64,000 nucleotides of DNA from Psilocybe cubensis (lineage: Eukaryota): the NCBI GenBank assembly GCA_017499595.2, contig CM039000.1, forward strand, positions 4,030,001-4,094,000. Direction: 5' to 3'. Shown here one piece after another: positions 51,332-63,120 of the stretch. Below the pieces are notes generated by a model that worked only from the letters and a program-made list of their open reading frames with translations, searched no databases and had not been told where the DNA came from. The translations under genes and the position numbers were made by a program. Positions within the stretch are counted from its first letter, which is position 1. The number at the start of each line of letters is the position of its first letter.

Positions 51332-54173
51332 TTAATACTCTAAGACAATGTCTTCATCCACATTATGATTCCGGCTCCTAAGATGATAAATTGAGGAATG
51401 TTTGTTTTCTTGGGAGGAAGAACTTGAAGAGGGCATGTCTTCGTTGGATTTGTGGGATGAGGAATCTGAGTGGTACATGACCAAGGGTGCAATGTGGGAC
51501 GATTTGACGGCACCATTATCACAGTCACCCTCTCCTTCCTGATCTAAAGATGCACCGCCAACATCATCACCCTTGACCTCCGTATCACTCTTGCCCACCT
51601 TATCACTTTTGTCACTCTCGCCCTCCTTATCACCTTTGGCCGCCTTATTGCCCTCGCCCACCTTATCACCTTCGCCCGCCGCTTTACTGCCCCACCTTCG
51701 CCCGCCGCTTTACTGCCCTCGCCAACCTCAACACCTTCGCCAATCATGGCGACATTTTTGTTAACGACAATGGCCTCGCCAACGTCAACGTCTTCTCCAA
51801 CACCAACCGCTTCGTCGCCATCGCCACTCTCCACAACATGAGCACCCTCGCTGCATTCATTACAGTTTCTATCCTCCCGCCCCTCTCCATCCTCAGCACT
51901 GTTGTCGCCTTCGCCCCCTTCAACATCACCGGCCTGACCATTTTTGACAACTTCGCCAGGTTTAACAACGTCGTCGGCCTCCCTGCGCAATATGTCTTTG
52001 CGGTTTGTGTAAGTCTCGCCACCGTCAAGACCGTGGTTGCTACCGTCTGCATTGGAGGAAGTACCATTGGGAGATACATGGTCACAGGGACCTTTCTGTG
52101 AAGGAATCTGTTCAAGGTCAATAGGTTCGTCCTCTGTACCTCCGATCCAGTACGTTTGACTAGCAATGAGCTTTTCCGCAGAATGAACCGGGATATAACT
52201 TTTGTCAATATCTGTAGGAGGTTCACGGTTGCTCGGGTCCACTGGTGTCACTTGCGGGTTTTGGCCAGTGTTTTGTTGTTCTTGGGGTCGGGGTCGATTA
52301 TTCAAAGTATTGTCAGTCTTTTTCTCTGCATCTGAGTCTGAGTCTTGAGGGCCATAAAGCTCCAGACCATGAATTTGGACTTGCGCATCCAGACCAGTGA
52401 GTTTCTTCAAGACGGCGTCATGATAATGGTTAACGATGGAAAATTGATCTTCAAGAACCTGGATGGCCGCTGTGAAGAAGGCAAACTTGCCAGCCATGTA
52501 ATCAAACCCGTGGTCATTCTTAACAAACTGCTCGTCAAACTTTTTCATTGCCTTGGTCATAATGGCCATTCTCCTTTCCAATCTGTCCATACGCTCCTCA
52601 ATAGTTTCGTTTTCTGCAGGTTCTTCATGTTCAATATCTTCTTCCCAATTGCGAATGTAGGCGGGGCGAGAGGGGAGAGATGGAGTGGGTCGAATACCGT
52701 TTGCTTGTGCTACATCATCTCCTAACCATTCGGTCCAGCTGTTTAATATCTGTTCTGCAAAAAAGTTCACGACACAGAACAATAGGTGAGCAGTTGAATA
52801 CTTACCAATATTATGAAGGATTTTGGTTTGATCTCTTTTGGCAGTGGGAACTTTATCACTAGTGGCGGGTTCTTGAGTTCGTTTTTTCTCATTTGATGTT
52901 GAGGGCTTGGGGGCTGGTGTCGGGAGTATCTTCTCCTAACACATCTTTAGATTGGGTCACTGACTTCTGTGCTACAGTCTTACCTTTGCGTGGCGTTTAC
53001 CACCTGTACCTGCATCTTGATGTGGGACAGACTTTGGCGCATCCTTTCCGTCCGTGTTGACAATGAATCCATAAGGCCTTTTGTCATGCCTTTCTTCGGC
53101 GACAGATGTTGCTATGGACTCGTTGTCCTCAACGCTACACCTTTCCAAGGCCTGACCACGACCTTCACAGCGACGACGATGCTTTCCGCAATAGTAGCAG
53201 CTGTCAGTTGTGAAGGTCACTCTGCAGTTACGTCCATGTTTGACACACATGCTGCAGCGATCCACATGGACAAGCTGAGTGGCTTTGGGAGGTGCGCGGT
53301 CGTCTTTCTTCTTTGATCTGGCACCGGCACCGTTTGCAGGCTGGCTACTAATCCCTCGAGACTTCTGCCGTGTAATTCGCTGACTGTGAAGATTGGGTTT
53401 AGCGGTACTGATTTCTTTGTCTTCATTTGATTGGACAGATACATCGGACGGCATGTAGTCCTCGCCATCGCTACCGCTCGAATCTTCAATTTCACGGAAG
53501 CTCTTAGGTACCTGAGAACTCAATACTGGCTGGATGCGACGTCGCTTTGAGGGTCGATCAAGCGGACTTGCTTCCGTCAACAGGTGATCTTCGACATTGC
53601 CTTCGATTTTATGTCGTTGAGGCGTAGAAGCTAATCGGCGCTTGCCTTTAACTTGGCGATGGTTCTCGTTTGCCGATCGACGTCTTTGCTCGCGTGCCGA
53701 GTGGCGAATATGGTGATTGAGGTTGACATTCTGCTGGTCATTGGCTAACTTCTTGGTCAAATTTAGATCTTGGGAGGAATAGAAAGCTGGAGTACCTTCC
53801 AGGACCGCAGGACGGATAGTCTGTTGAGCTCGATGGGCCAGGTCTTTCATGGATGTCAAGAAGTTGGCACTACGATGTTGACCTTGATGACGAGCCTTGC
53901 CATAGGCGAGTAAAAAGTCAAAGAGAAACTGGTTAGTAGGTTTCTCTTTAATTTCTTTGAACATTGGCTTGCGAGCTTCATTCGCTATAGATTTCTGAAT
54001 TGACACGTCAATATGTGATAAGATCCTGGATTTTTGTAACGCACCGCCAAATCAATGTATGTGGCCATTACTTCAGCAATATCTCCTTGCTCTAAACCTT
54101 TCAAAACATGTTGTTCAAGTGTACGTATTGCCGTTTCAAACGATTCAATAGTCGATATGGTATTACTGGTCAT
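51332..54173 (-). CDS. KDZ-element accessory protein with a Zn2Cys6-like cluster, coiled coil and acidic tail; frame disrupted near 51700
   Basis: RCSMCVKHGRNCRVTFTTDSCYYCGKHRRRC in 52972..54006, a coiled coil (IEERMDRLERRM) in 51544..52782, and a tail continuing in another frame (51332..51661). Confidence 0.6.
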
Positions 54174-54344
54174 TTTTAGTGGGGTGGGTCGCTTATCAGC
54201 TCAAACTTAGTTAACGGTCAGGAAGAACTTGTTGTCTCAAATTTCGAATTGTCTGATCACAATTGGCGGCTGACTCCGACAGACCGATCATAACATCCAG
54301 CGTCCAAGTCAGAATAGCTGGATTAGCTGTAACATTAACATCAA

Positions 54345-54936
54345 ATGTCTACTACGACAACCAACAGTCAACCTCCGCATGTTTTCATGTCCCCCGCTCC
54401 GGAGGGCTACATTGTTATGTTGGCGCCAGATGAGCAAAAGTACATGGTACCCTTGCATCTCGTGCCCGATCTGCAACACGCATTTGAGTCTTACAGACAC
54501 AAGATGAGACTGGGTGTTCCACAGGCATCTTCGTCTGTATGCAAGGTTCCTACTTGATGTGGCCTTTGACTAATAACAGGTGTGCGCCTGCAGGTTCAGC
54601 AGGCAGACCCTAATGTGGTGGAATATACCCTTGACGAAGGCCATTCCTCTCATTTCCCAAATCCGGTGCGCAGTTAATCCTGCAATAACATCCTTCTTAC
54701 TAATGTTCTTGTACCAGCCTCTTAGCGAACAGGAGTGCCTGGACGTTCATTCAGAAATTCTCGCACTACAACAGTGTTTGGGGATATCATACAAGGACGC
54801 GGCACATCGTCTCTACATGACCGAATTGGCGAAAGCCAAACTTGCCTATAAGTCAATGAAGAGCCTTAAACATATCTCAGAAGGTATTGACAACTCCTTA
54901 TTGGATTTACATGCGCGTCTGGGGGCGGGTTCATAA
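54345..54936 (+). CDS. Small KDZ-element protein
   Basis: Exons in ORFs 54345..54557 and 54580..54936 (ILALQQCLGISYKDAAHRLYMTE). Confidence 0.55.
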
Positions 54937-55173
54937 AGAAGAGATGTCTTTTTCATGTCAATAGCGTGTAGATACTAATGTACATGTTTTCTACTTTAAA
55001 AGTAAATACAGAAAGATTTGAAAATTGTACATGTTGAATAGCGAGAAAGGAATGAATTTGGGGGAGGGATTGAGGCCTGCGACATCGATTTGTTGTGGCG
55101 AGAAAAGTCGCCGTGGCGAGGAGAGCTCGGCGTGGCGAGCGGGGCGAGGTTGGGCGAGTGTCTGACCTCACAA

Positions 55174-55284
55174 ATTATAGTGTGCCCGCTGTATGATCAC
55201 TGTGGTCCGGGGATATGTATCAAGGGCGTCACAGATTATAGTGTGCCCGCTGTATGATCACTGTGGTCCGGGGATATGTATCAA
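55174..55284. repeat. Right subterminal ~50-bp direct repeat of the KDZ element
   Basis: ATTATAGTGTGCCCGCTGTATGATCACTGTGGTCCGGGGATATGTATCAA occurs twice. GGGCCCGCTG recurs at ~55305 and ~55378, and GTTACACTGT at 55401. Confidence 0.88.
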
Positions 55285-55967
55285 TGAGACCCGAAGGCGT
55301 TCAAGGGCCCGCTGTATCGTTCTGTCGTGCACGCTGTAGCACCGTTCCCTATATAGTAATTACTATGCCGGATCGAGGGGCCCGCTGGTGCGCACCATCA
55401 GTTACACTGTTTCCGTCCTTTGTACGGTATGGTACTGTACAGTGTAACATAAGAATGTGTAACGGTGTCAATTAATATACCTTGTTTTTAACAAAGGTTC
55501 AACCAGTCGATGACAGAACTGGAATGCTGGTTGATATCGCGTTCCAGACGCGGCTGCAGATATATCATTAATGTCCGGGTACATCTGAACCGGCGCGGAA
55601 ACAGAGCGGGGAATATAATGACACTGTCTCCCCGAGGATTCGTCAGGAAGTACAAAAGAATGTCGAGGTTTTATACACACGGTCGTCATTGGACAATCGA
55701 GGCGCAAACAATAGCGATAAGATATCATGATAGTGTAGGTATCCGGAATACCATTTCTCTCTCCTCTCATGTCGCTTTCTCCACGCAATCTGAATCTGCA
55801 TCCCTTGATCAATACAACAGCGATGAAATTTAGAGGAACTTACGATCTGTCTATGGCTACATCTGTGATGAATTACCAATCATGTTGAGTTCTTTAGATT
55901 CCTTACTCCCTGCCCTCGGGGTACTTACATAAAGCTCAAGATCACCAACGTTTGCCTTCAAATACTA

Positions 55968-56346
55968 TTGGTGCACGCTTGACCAATAGGACATACACCC
56001 TTTGGTTCAAGAGGACTTTCCAAATGGAAAGCCGTTGCGCTTGTCATTGTGTGCAGTCATGGACACAAAGACACTGTGGCGCAAATAATCTCGTACATCG
56101 AGTGCCTGTATCCACGTTTAGGGGCAGTAAAGCTGCAGGAAGTGTGGAAGGTATGTGATCATGGTGAACAGACTGGCACACCTCTGACTATGCATGCTCA
56201 TTCCTCATTTTGTATAGGAATCTATTAGAAACACACTTACACAGTACCAGATGTTCTACAAGAGTGGGTACACGATGAGTAAAGGACTCGCTGGTGGGCG
56301 TTATTGGAGAATAGATGCAAGAAATGCAAAACCATCCACTAAATGA
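55968..56346 (+). pseudogene. Forkhead paralog pseudogene (5'-truncated, premature stop)
   Basis: Highly similar to 15091-15274 plus 41190-41410 with the intron intact. TGG is changed to TGA at ~55980, and the 5' half of exon 1 is absent. Confidence 0.85.
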
Positions 56347-57673
56347 TGAATATTTATTTGACTGCTTTTATCCATTTTTTACCTGTGAGATTTATGACTT
56401 GAAGAAAAGGTCCAATATCCAGAATTTCTACGTTAGATTGTCAAATTTCGATAACAAGGTTAGTGTATGGCCTCGCTGATCTATGCCGAATGCATGCCGT
56501 CCTTCGGAGATTCAAACTGAACAGTTTTTCGTGAACTGTGGCAGTGCTCACAGCATATCCAACACTCTTGCTACAATCGCCGTCGCAAAAGTCATTCATT
56601 TCTGCAGCTTCCCGTCTGCTGTATAGGATGCTACGGCTACCTGTGTGTCCGACATACTGTGAATTATGAATATAATATTGGCTCTACGCCATGCTTCTCG
56701 TGCGACTCTCGTCCTTGCGCTCATAGACCCAGTGAGTAAACACCGTTTTGGCCTTCGAGTTTACCATTGACGCCATTCTAGCTTCGTTTTCTTACTTAAA
56801 TTGTTGAAAATTGACCCCATAACAACAACAAGAACGATATTTGTCTACAAAGCGTCAGCGGCCCTCCAAAGCTATGAACCTCGAGGAGGTATCAAGCTCC
56901 TCAAATACCCTTTCCGAGCTTCGATGGCCTTCAAGAGATTTCTCGCCCACAACTATATATTAGTTCTGCAATGAAACCTGACATACGTGACTCTATCAGC
57001 TTTAATTATTGAATAGTTAGCTTCGAAGTCAAGATCGACTCAGTCAGTGCGCATATATTTTGATTCTGGTTACGAATTTACAGTTTCGTAGCAATCCTTG
57101 ATCCCCCGTTCAAGTTCAAACACCCGATTCACGAGAAGTGACCGAACAGGACATGAAAGGAGGAGCAATGGGTCCAGTACTAGGGCATCAGTTGGTCATC
57201 TACTCGCTATTGCACAATGTTAGACCGGTTCTCGGTTCTCGTTCACGCGCGTCCACCTCGTTCCTATACACCACTGGATGCGGTACTTCCTACGAGACAA
57301 TAAGCAATTCTGTTTTCTGCGTTTGTCGCTCAACCTACCAACGATCTCAAGCCCAGTGAAAGGAGCGTCAGGAGGTAGCAGCTTGCATTACTTGTCGAAG
57401 TGTCAGGCTGGAATCGAGAGGTAGGGCCAACGTGGAAGCACGTATGACCTGAGGTTTCAGTTTTCTGATTTGACTCACTGTGGTATAGTGGACAGGCTTA
57501 CATCGTTCTACGACCAGTTCAACTAACCGTTCGTGGTTGACCAGAATCGCAGGGCTCCTCTTACGCTATTCCTAGCTAATCTCGCCGATACAAACCGGCT
57601 TGGCGAACGCATGGTTCAATGATGATGGTTGAATTTTTATTTTGCAGTCCCATTGGTCTGTAATTGACAAACG

Positions 57674-58352
57674 CTATGCTCCCCCATCTATTAACCTCTT
57701 CGCACGGATCCAAGCAGCAAATGCCATGAATAACTGCACCTTTGGGAAACGCTCGCAAAAGACCAATAGTGCCTCTAGCTGTGCTTCCTCTGTTGTACCA
57801 CACGCTTTTAGAAGTTTGGATAAATCCACCGGACACAGATATGGAGGCTGTCTTACGTCCTCGATCACAGTTCCACTTCCTTGCATGATGCACGCATAGT
57901 ACACGCAGTGGTCCATTCCAAAGCAGTGCCCTAGCTCATGGCTTGACGTACGACAGACTCGCGCCAGCCAGGTGCCTGTGATGATGTCCTGTGGTGAACT
58001 ATTGGTGAGGGGAGGTGTGTTAACGTACGCCGAAAGAGCCGCGCGCATCGGTGACGTGGCGTTCTGGTCGTCTTGTACATTCAAGTCAGAGTCGACCTTG
58101 GACTTTTTCTTTGGGTGCTTTGTTGAATCTGAGGCATCGATGCATTTCATGATGTATGATTGGCAGTGTGAAGCCGGCCAAGCGTGTTCCCGTTCTACTT
58201 CCTGGATACCATCCAATGCTGGGTTATACCTTGCTGTAGCTATGACGGAAATACGACTTGCACCGTACGCGCGCCCGCACACGAACTCGTCGTCGTCATC
58301 CTCGAACAAATCATGGTTGACGAGTAGAAGGATGGCGTACGCATCCTCTGGA
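57674..58352 (-). CDS. Archaemetzincin (peptidase M54)-like zinc metalloprotease, C-terminal half only
   Basis: LPEDAYAILLLVNHDLFEDDDD.FVCGRAYG.SRI...HELGHCFGMDHCVYYACIMQGS...PPYLCPVDL carries the HExxHxxGxxHC motif. No N-terminal part is seen before the next gene. Confidence 0.8.
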
Positions 58353-58518
58353 AGATTCCAAACAAGAAGTGGCGAAAAATAGTGACAAAAACGAAGAGAT
58401 TCTAACTTCTTTCTTTTTTTTAATTTGTGGAGGGGAAAACTTTAAAATACTGTACAATTTGTACATACATATCATTGCAAAAACAAAGTCGTGAGAATAC
58501 CGTGCGAAACAAGAGGTA

Positions 58519-59644
58519 TCAAGGAACTTGTGGGAGATCAATCTGGCCCTCCAAACGAATCGCACGGTAGTTTGGAATTTTCGCTGCATTTGAGACACCC
58601 CATGATATTATCTTGTCCAGATTGCGACACTGGTGCATGGTATTAAAATTTGGGTATGGTTGGCTGAACCCTCTGTCAATGCAATAGTCGGATGTGAGCA
58701 TGAGCAGGATAGCATACAGAATATGACTCAGACGTACTGCACCCAATCGAATGTGACCAGCCCAGTGTCTGCAGAACACATCAACACTTGACGAAGGATA
58801 TCCACGCAGTGGTCTTTTTTTATCAGATTAGCTGTTATGAGGAACGCTATGCAGGATTGTAACGCGAGGCATCCTCACCGAGGTGAAATCGGTATTTTTC
58901 TGGTTTAGATTGAAACAAAGGGTCATTCTGACTGTAGTATTCTAGATGCACAGATTTTCTGAGAATATCCTGAAAGACATGTATTCGTTAGAAGTGGGTT
59001 GTCATCTTCTATATCGAGTGCAAATTTCTTACTAGACAATGCAACTGATGTGTTACTTCCAATGCAGCCATGTACCCTCCCCCATCTTCGTCTCTGAACA
59101 TCACTTTCGAAGGTGTAACTTGTTCCTCTAACATCATGAACTGCTCCCTTGATATTCGTATCGGAGGTACTGAAATCTATTGAATAAAGTGCTTGAAATA
59201 AAATAATTTATGCCACTGACCTGCGGAAGAGATTCTGAGCCAAGCAGCATCCAGCTCAGGCGAAGGCTTTCCACGATAAATTGAAGTAGAATTTAGCGAC
59301 CCGCTGATACGTTGGTATTCCTTGAAATATTCTACAGCTTCATTTGCAGGAGCTGATGATTAAGAGACAGTTAGGACGTTACTAGGGCAAATATATGACC
59401 AACCATTTTACCACGTACAGAATGTCTTAGGCGTGACAATGCAAATATGATTCAGACGAGCATGCATCCAAAGAATCATAAAGGTTAGCCACAGAAGCAG
59501 AAGAATCCCATGTGTTAGGTGGAGCCAATATCTTTGAATGAAGTTGGGACGTTGCAAAGAGTGACGGTGAGTTCTCCCATGAAGGAGACTCTCAGTTTGC
59601 TCTTCGTCTGGCTCAACGCAACGTTTAAATAGGTCCGGAGCCAT
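58519..59644 (-). CDS. DUF3328 / UstYa-like oxidase
   Basis: N-terminal TM helix, IYRGKPSPELDAAW, MAALEVTHQLHC, a spliced HL|DHCVDILRQVLMCSADTG and PYPNFNTMHQCRN. Two HxxHC motifs. Confidence 0.88.
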
Positions 59645-61121
59645 TTGGCCAACAGGGTATAACAAATGTGGTGTCAAATGTTCGAGATGTAACCCCTATT
59701 ATGCAGAGGATGTGCTTGTACTGGTTTCAAATACGCAGAGTGGCGGTCTATAACAGATGGTAAAAAGGTAGTATCAGGATCCCTGGCAGCTACTGGTGCC
59801 CATTATGAGTCTCAGCGCGTTTGCCTAGATTCGACGGTTTCGATCTCCAGGGTGTATTCTCGGTTATCTGCTGAGAGTATATCCATCACATGTTCTCTGC
59901 AGTCCTTAAACTGATGCAATAATTCAACAGATGCCATACATTAGAACCGTTAGGCATAATTCCATCGTGGCTATTATCCCGTATGGTAGTAGGAGACTTC
60001 AAACCATGAATAGACGGGGTCACAACACACCTGCAAAGTTATATTTACAGATTATAAACACACTAAAGGAGGTATTAAATGTAACTAAGGCCTTCTCTCC
60101 ATTCTGATCGCAAGGGCCTCAGTAAAGAGGTCCTAGATATGGGATCTGATAAAATCTTTTGGTGCGCAGTAAAAGTTACAGCACGTTTGCTTAGATTGGG
60201 CCGACTCTATCTCCTGGAACTATTCTGGTTATCTACTAAGATTATTTTACACAGTATCACATACATCGCATGATCTACAGTCATTGTTCTGATGAAATAA
60301 CTCCACAGGTGCCCAAAATAATGGGAGCCACTGGCATTAGGACTAACTCCGTCCTGAAATTCTTGTTAGAGGCCCGCGCCGTCGACATTGCAAACCTTGC
60401 TGTAGTTGCGTAAATTGTGTATCGTGATTCGTATTTATCTTGCTCTGTTAACATATTGCAATGTGTGCATATATCTACGATGGAGAGAGAAATTAAATGA
60501 CGGAAAACAATAATACCATACCTGTCAATCAATTCGAATAGAACTTGAGACGTAAAGAAGATGTTGACACAGAATCAGATTCGAGCAAACATAGCCAAAG
60601 TAGCATAATTTAGACAGCGTGGAGCATACACAATACATACAGCAAGGCTACTTCTTATGGTGGTAGTGGAGTCAGGGTCACAACACAACACGCTGCAGAG
60701 ACAGATTTTCAAGGCCACAGGAAGCTTCCCTTAAGCTCTCTTAAGGCCTTGCCTGGGGTTGGATTGGCGGACTTGATCGCTAAAAGAGCCAGAACTTGTC
60801 CGCGGTCCGCGTGTGTAAGGCCCGCTGTCCTGTTTACAGCCGGCTGGTCAGCGGTGGGCAGATTCGCCGAGGTAATCCTGACATTGCCAAATAGAGACAT
60901 GAATCATTGATTATCCACTAAGAGGCTTCTACATCGTATCACGGCCACCTCATATACTACAGTCCTTAAATCGATGTTATTATTCAACAGGTGTCCAAGC
61001 CTTTTTTAGGTCCTTTAGACTAAACCCCATCCTGAAAGCATTATTCCATAGTAGCAGTAGACTTCAAAGCTTTGAACAGAAGGAGTCACCACCCGCCTCA
61101 TAGTTAAAATTGTTATCTGTC

Positions 61122-63120
61122 CTAAAACATAGAAGTTGGAATATAACTGATGAATATCGGAGACCCTATCTGAATAGCATCTAGAAGACGGCTGAAATTT
61201 GGCGTTCCAAGCCCCGTCACAGCATCCCATCCTGATTTCGCTGGGAACCCAGTTGTGTCGCACCCTGTATTATTGCCTTTTAATCATGAGTTAGTGCTGT
61301 ATACTTACTATGTAGTTAGGATGATGCTACTAACCTACTGTTATGTCGGTTAACGCAGCCTGACCACCAGGGGAATAAAGCAATGGATTTAGAAACCCGA
61401 GGGGAGGCAGGTCACCTCCAACAAGGTCAGCGTTAAGCAAAGCAATAATGCTCGCGAAAATTGGGTTAGAACCGCTCGTCCCGGATACAATTCTGGTATT
61501 TCCGCCATCAACAATTGCGATGCTCTGACCTTGTGCCGATACATCTGGATACGCACGTCCAGTCGTGTTGAACAGTCCCTGATTTGTCGATCCAAGTGCA
61601 TTTAAATAAGCCTGCACGGCCGAAGATTGGTATGACGGTGTGGTAAAATAATTTGAAAATCCCCCAGAGCTGAAAGGAGCAGCGATTTCGATGGGCATGT
61701 TCATTGTTGCCCCCACAGAAGTTATGAAAGGACAGCCAGATGGAAATGTGGGTATGAACGATATGCACTGGCCCGCTTGCCACCCAGACACACCCCCATC
61801 TCCAGAGGAGCACAGGATTGATATTCCGCGTGCTCCCAACTGCGCAAATGCGTTGCACAATGACCTATGGAAATAAAAGCAATAAATTCTTAGTATACAA
61901 TAAAGAGTATTTGCGTAATAGGGTCTTACGTTGCCAAGCTGCGCGAAATTGTGTCCTCGTTTTGTCCATAGGACATCGTCAAAATATGCGGAGGATTTGA
62001 TTGTGCTAGCACAAAATTGATGGTATCAAGAAGCCCATCTAACGCACCATCCTGTGAATTGTTTCCTGTAGAGATAAACACAGTAGGCACGTTGGTGGAA
62101 AGTCCTAAAGAATACTGGATATACAAATTGGCTTCCGTGCTCGGCGACAATTCCGTGTCACTTTTCCCGTCCAGTGTCTCTAGGGTGAATGTTGCATTAC
62201 TCGGGACGTCTGGTCTGAATTTCTTTAGAAAGCTGGATAGATCATCAGTGCTGGGAATTTGATCAACAAATCCTGAGACGGCGAGTGTGCTGGTAGATTG
62301 GGAGGTTACTGGACTAGGAAAACCATATAGCGCCTCAATGCATGCTGGAGTAACCTCAGTTGTACACGCCTGACCAGATTGCCTTGCCTTCAACGCGGTA
62401 GGAGGAGAAACAGACAGAAGCGGAAGGTGTGCGAATGGACTGTCAAATCTACAATTTTATGGATAATGTCAACGTCATGTATTGCCACATACCATGGCTA
62501 TATGTGTTCACGTACGTGGTAGTTGGGTGAATTGTATCGATATGTTCCTGTAACGACTTTGGAATGGAGTAGAGAAGTGTTCGAACGAACTCCGCCCCTG
62601 TTTTATCGTGCTTGAAAACTTGGTAATTTGCACCAATGAGATTATTTGCCTGGTGAATTGGTACTGAGAACTGAAGCCAATCCCCTGATGGGGAAATGGG
62701 AGTAGAGGAAATTCCATTTGACGTCAACCATTGATTAACCAGTGAAATTGTATCTGGGTTAGGTGCTGTGTAGGCGCTGACCTGATATGTCAAAGTCAGC
62801 TAAGATCATGGTAAAGCATATCTGTCAATTATGGAGTATGATACCTGGTCTACGGTCAGATGCTTGCCGTAACGAGGCTTCCCGGGTGTGCTGACGTCCA
62901 ATAGTGTATCATGGAGACCTGATATGTTATTCTGGCGAAGTCCAATACGTAGTCGAATAATCTGGGTTAAATTAGCTGGTCGATGCAATGTAAACCCCTC
63001 TGGGGCGGAGGTACGTTGGTCGTGAATAATCGTTTCCAGGAAATCTGAAGTGGATTGAGCGCTCGAAATTGTGCTTGCATAGAGGAGAGGTAAGTAGATC
63101 AGCAATCGTTGTGGAAGCAT
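61122..63120 (-). CDS. Secreted S53 (sedolisin / tripeptidyl-peptidase-like) protease
   Basis: Signal peptide, pro-domain (DVSTPGKPRYGKHLT), EANLYIQY, SSGDGG, GRAYPDVSA, SGTSGSNP, LGFLNPLLY and a last exon with GWDAVTGLGTPNF. Confidence 0.92.

Larger units (their letters stand above)
41517..55449. mobile_element. CxC2-KDZ (Kyakuja-Dileera-Zisupton) DNA transposon, 13.9 kb
   Basis: Perfect inverted ends TGTTACACTGT (41517-41527) and ACAGTGTAACA (55439-55449), each flanked by TA. Duplicated subterminal blocks with CAGCGGGCCC on the left and its inverse on the right. Encloses a KDZ transposase. Confidence 0.8.

Noticed and set aside
15276-55449. Starship element or TET/JBP-carrying element
   Set aside because: No tyrosine-recombinase captain and no TET/JBP motifs were recognised. 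The boundaries are explained by DDE-type TIR elements.
60240-60900. Short ORFs between the DUF3328 and S53 genes as a RiPP precursor
   Set aside because: No signal peptide, repeated core or dibasic cleavage pattern was found.
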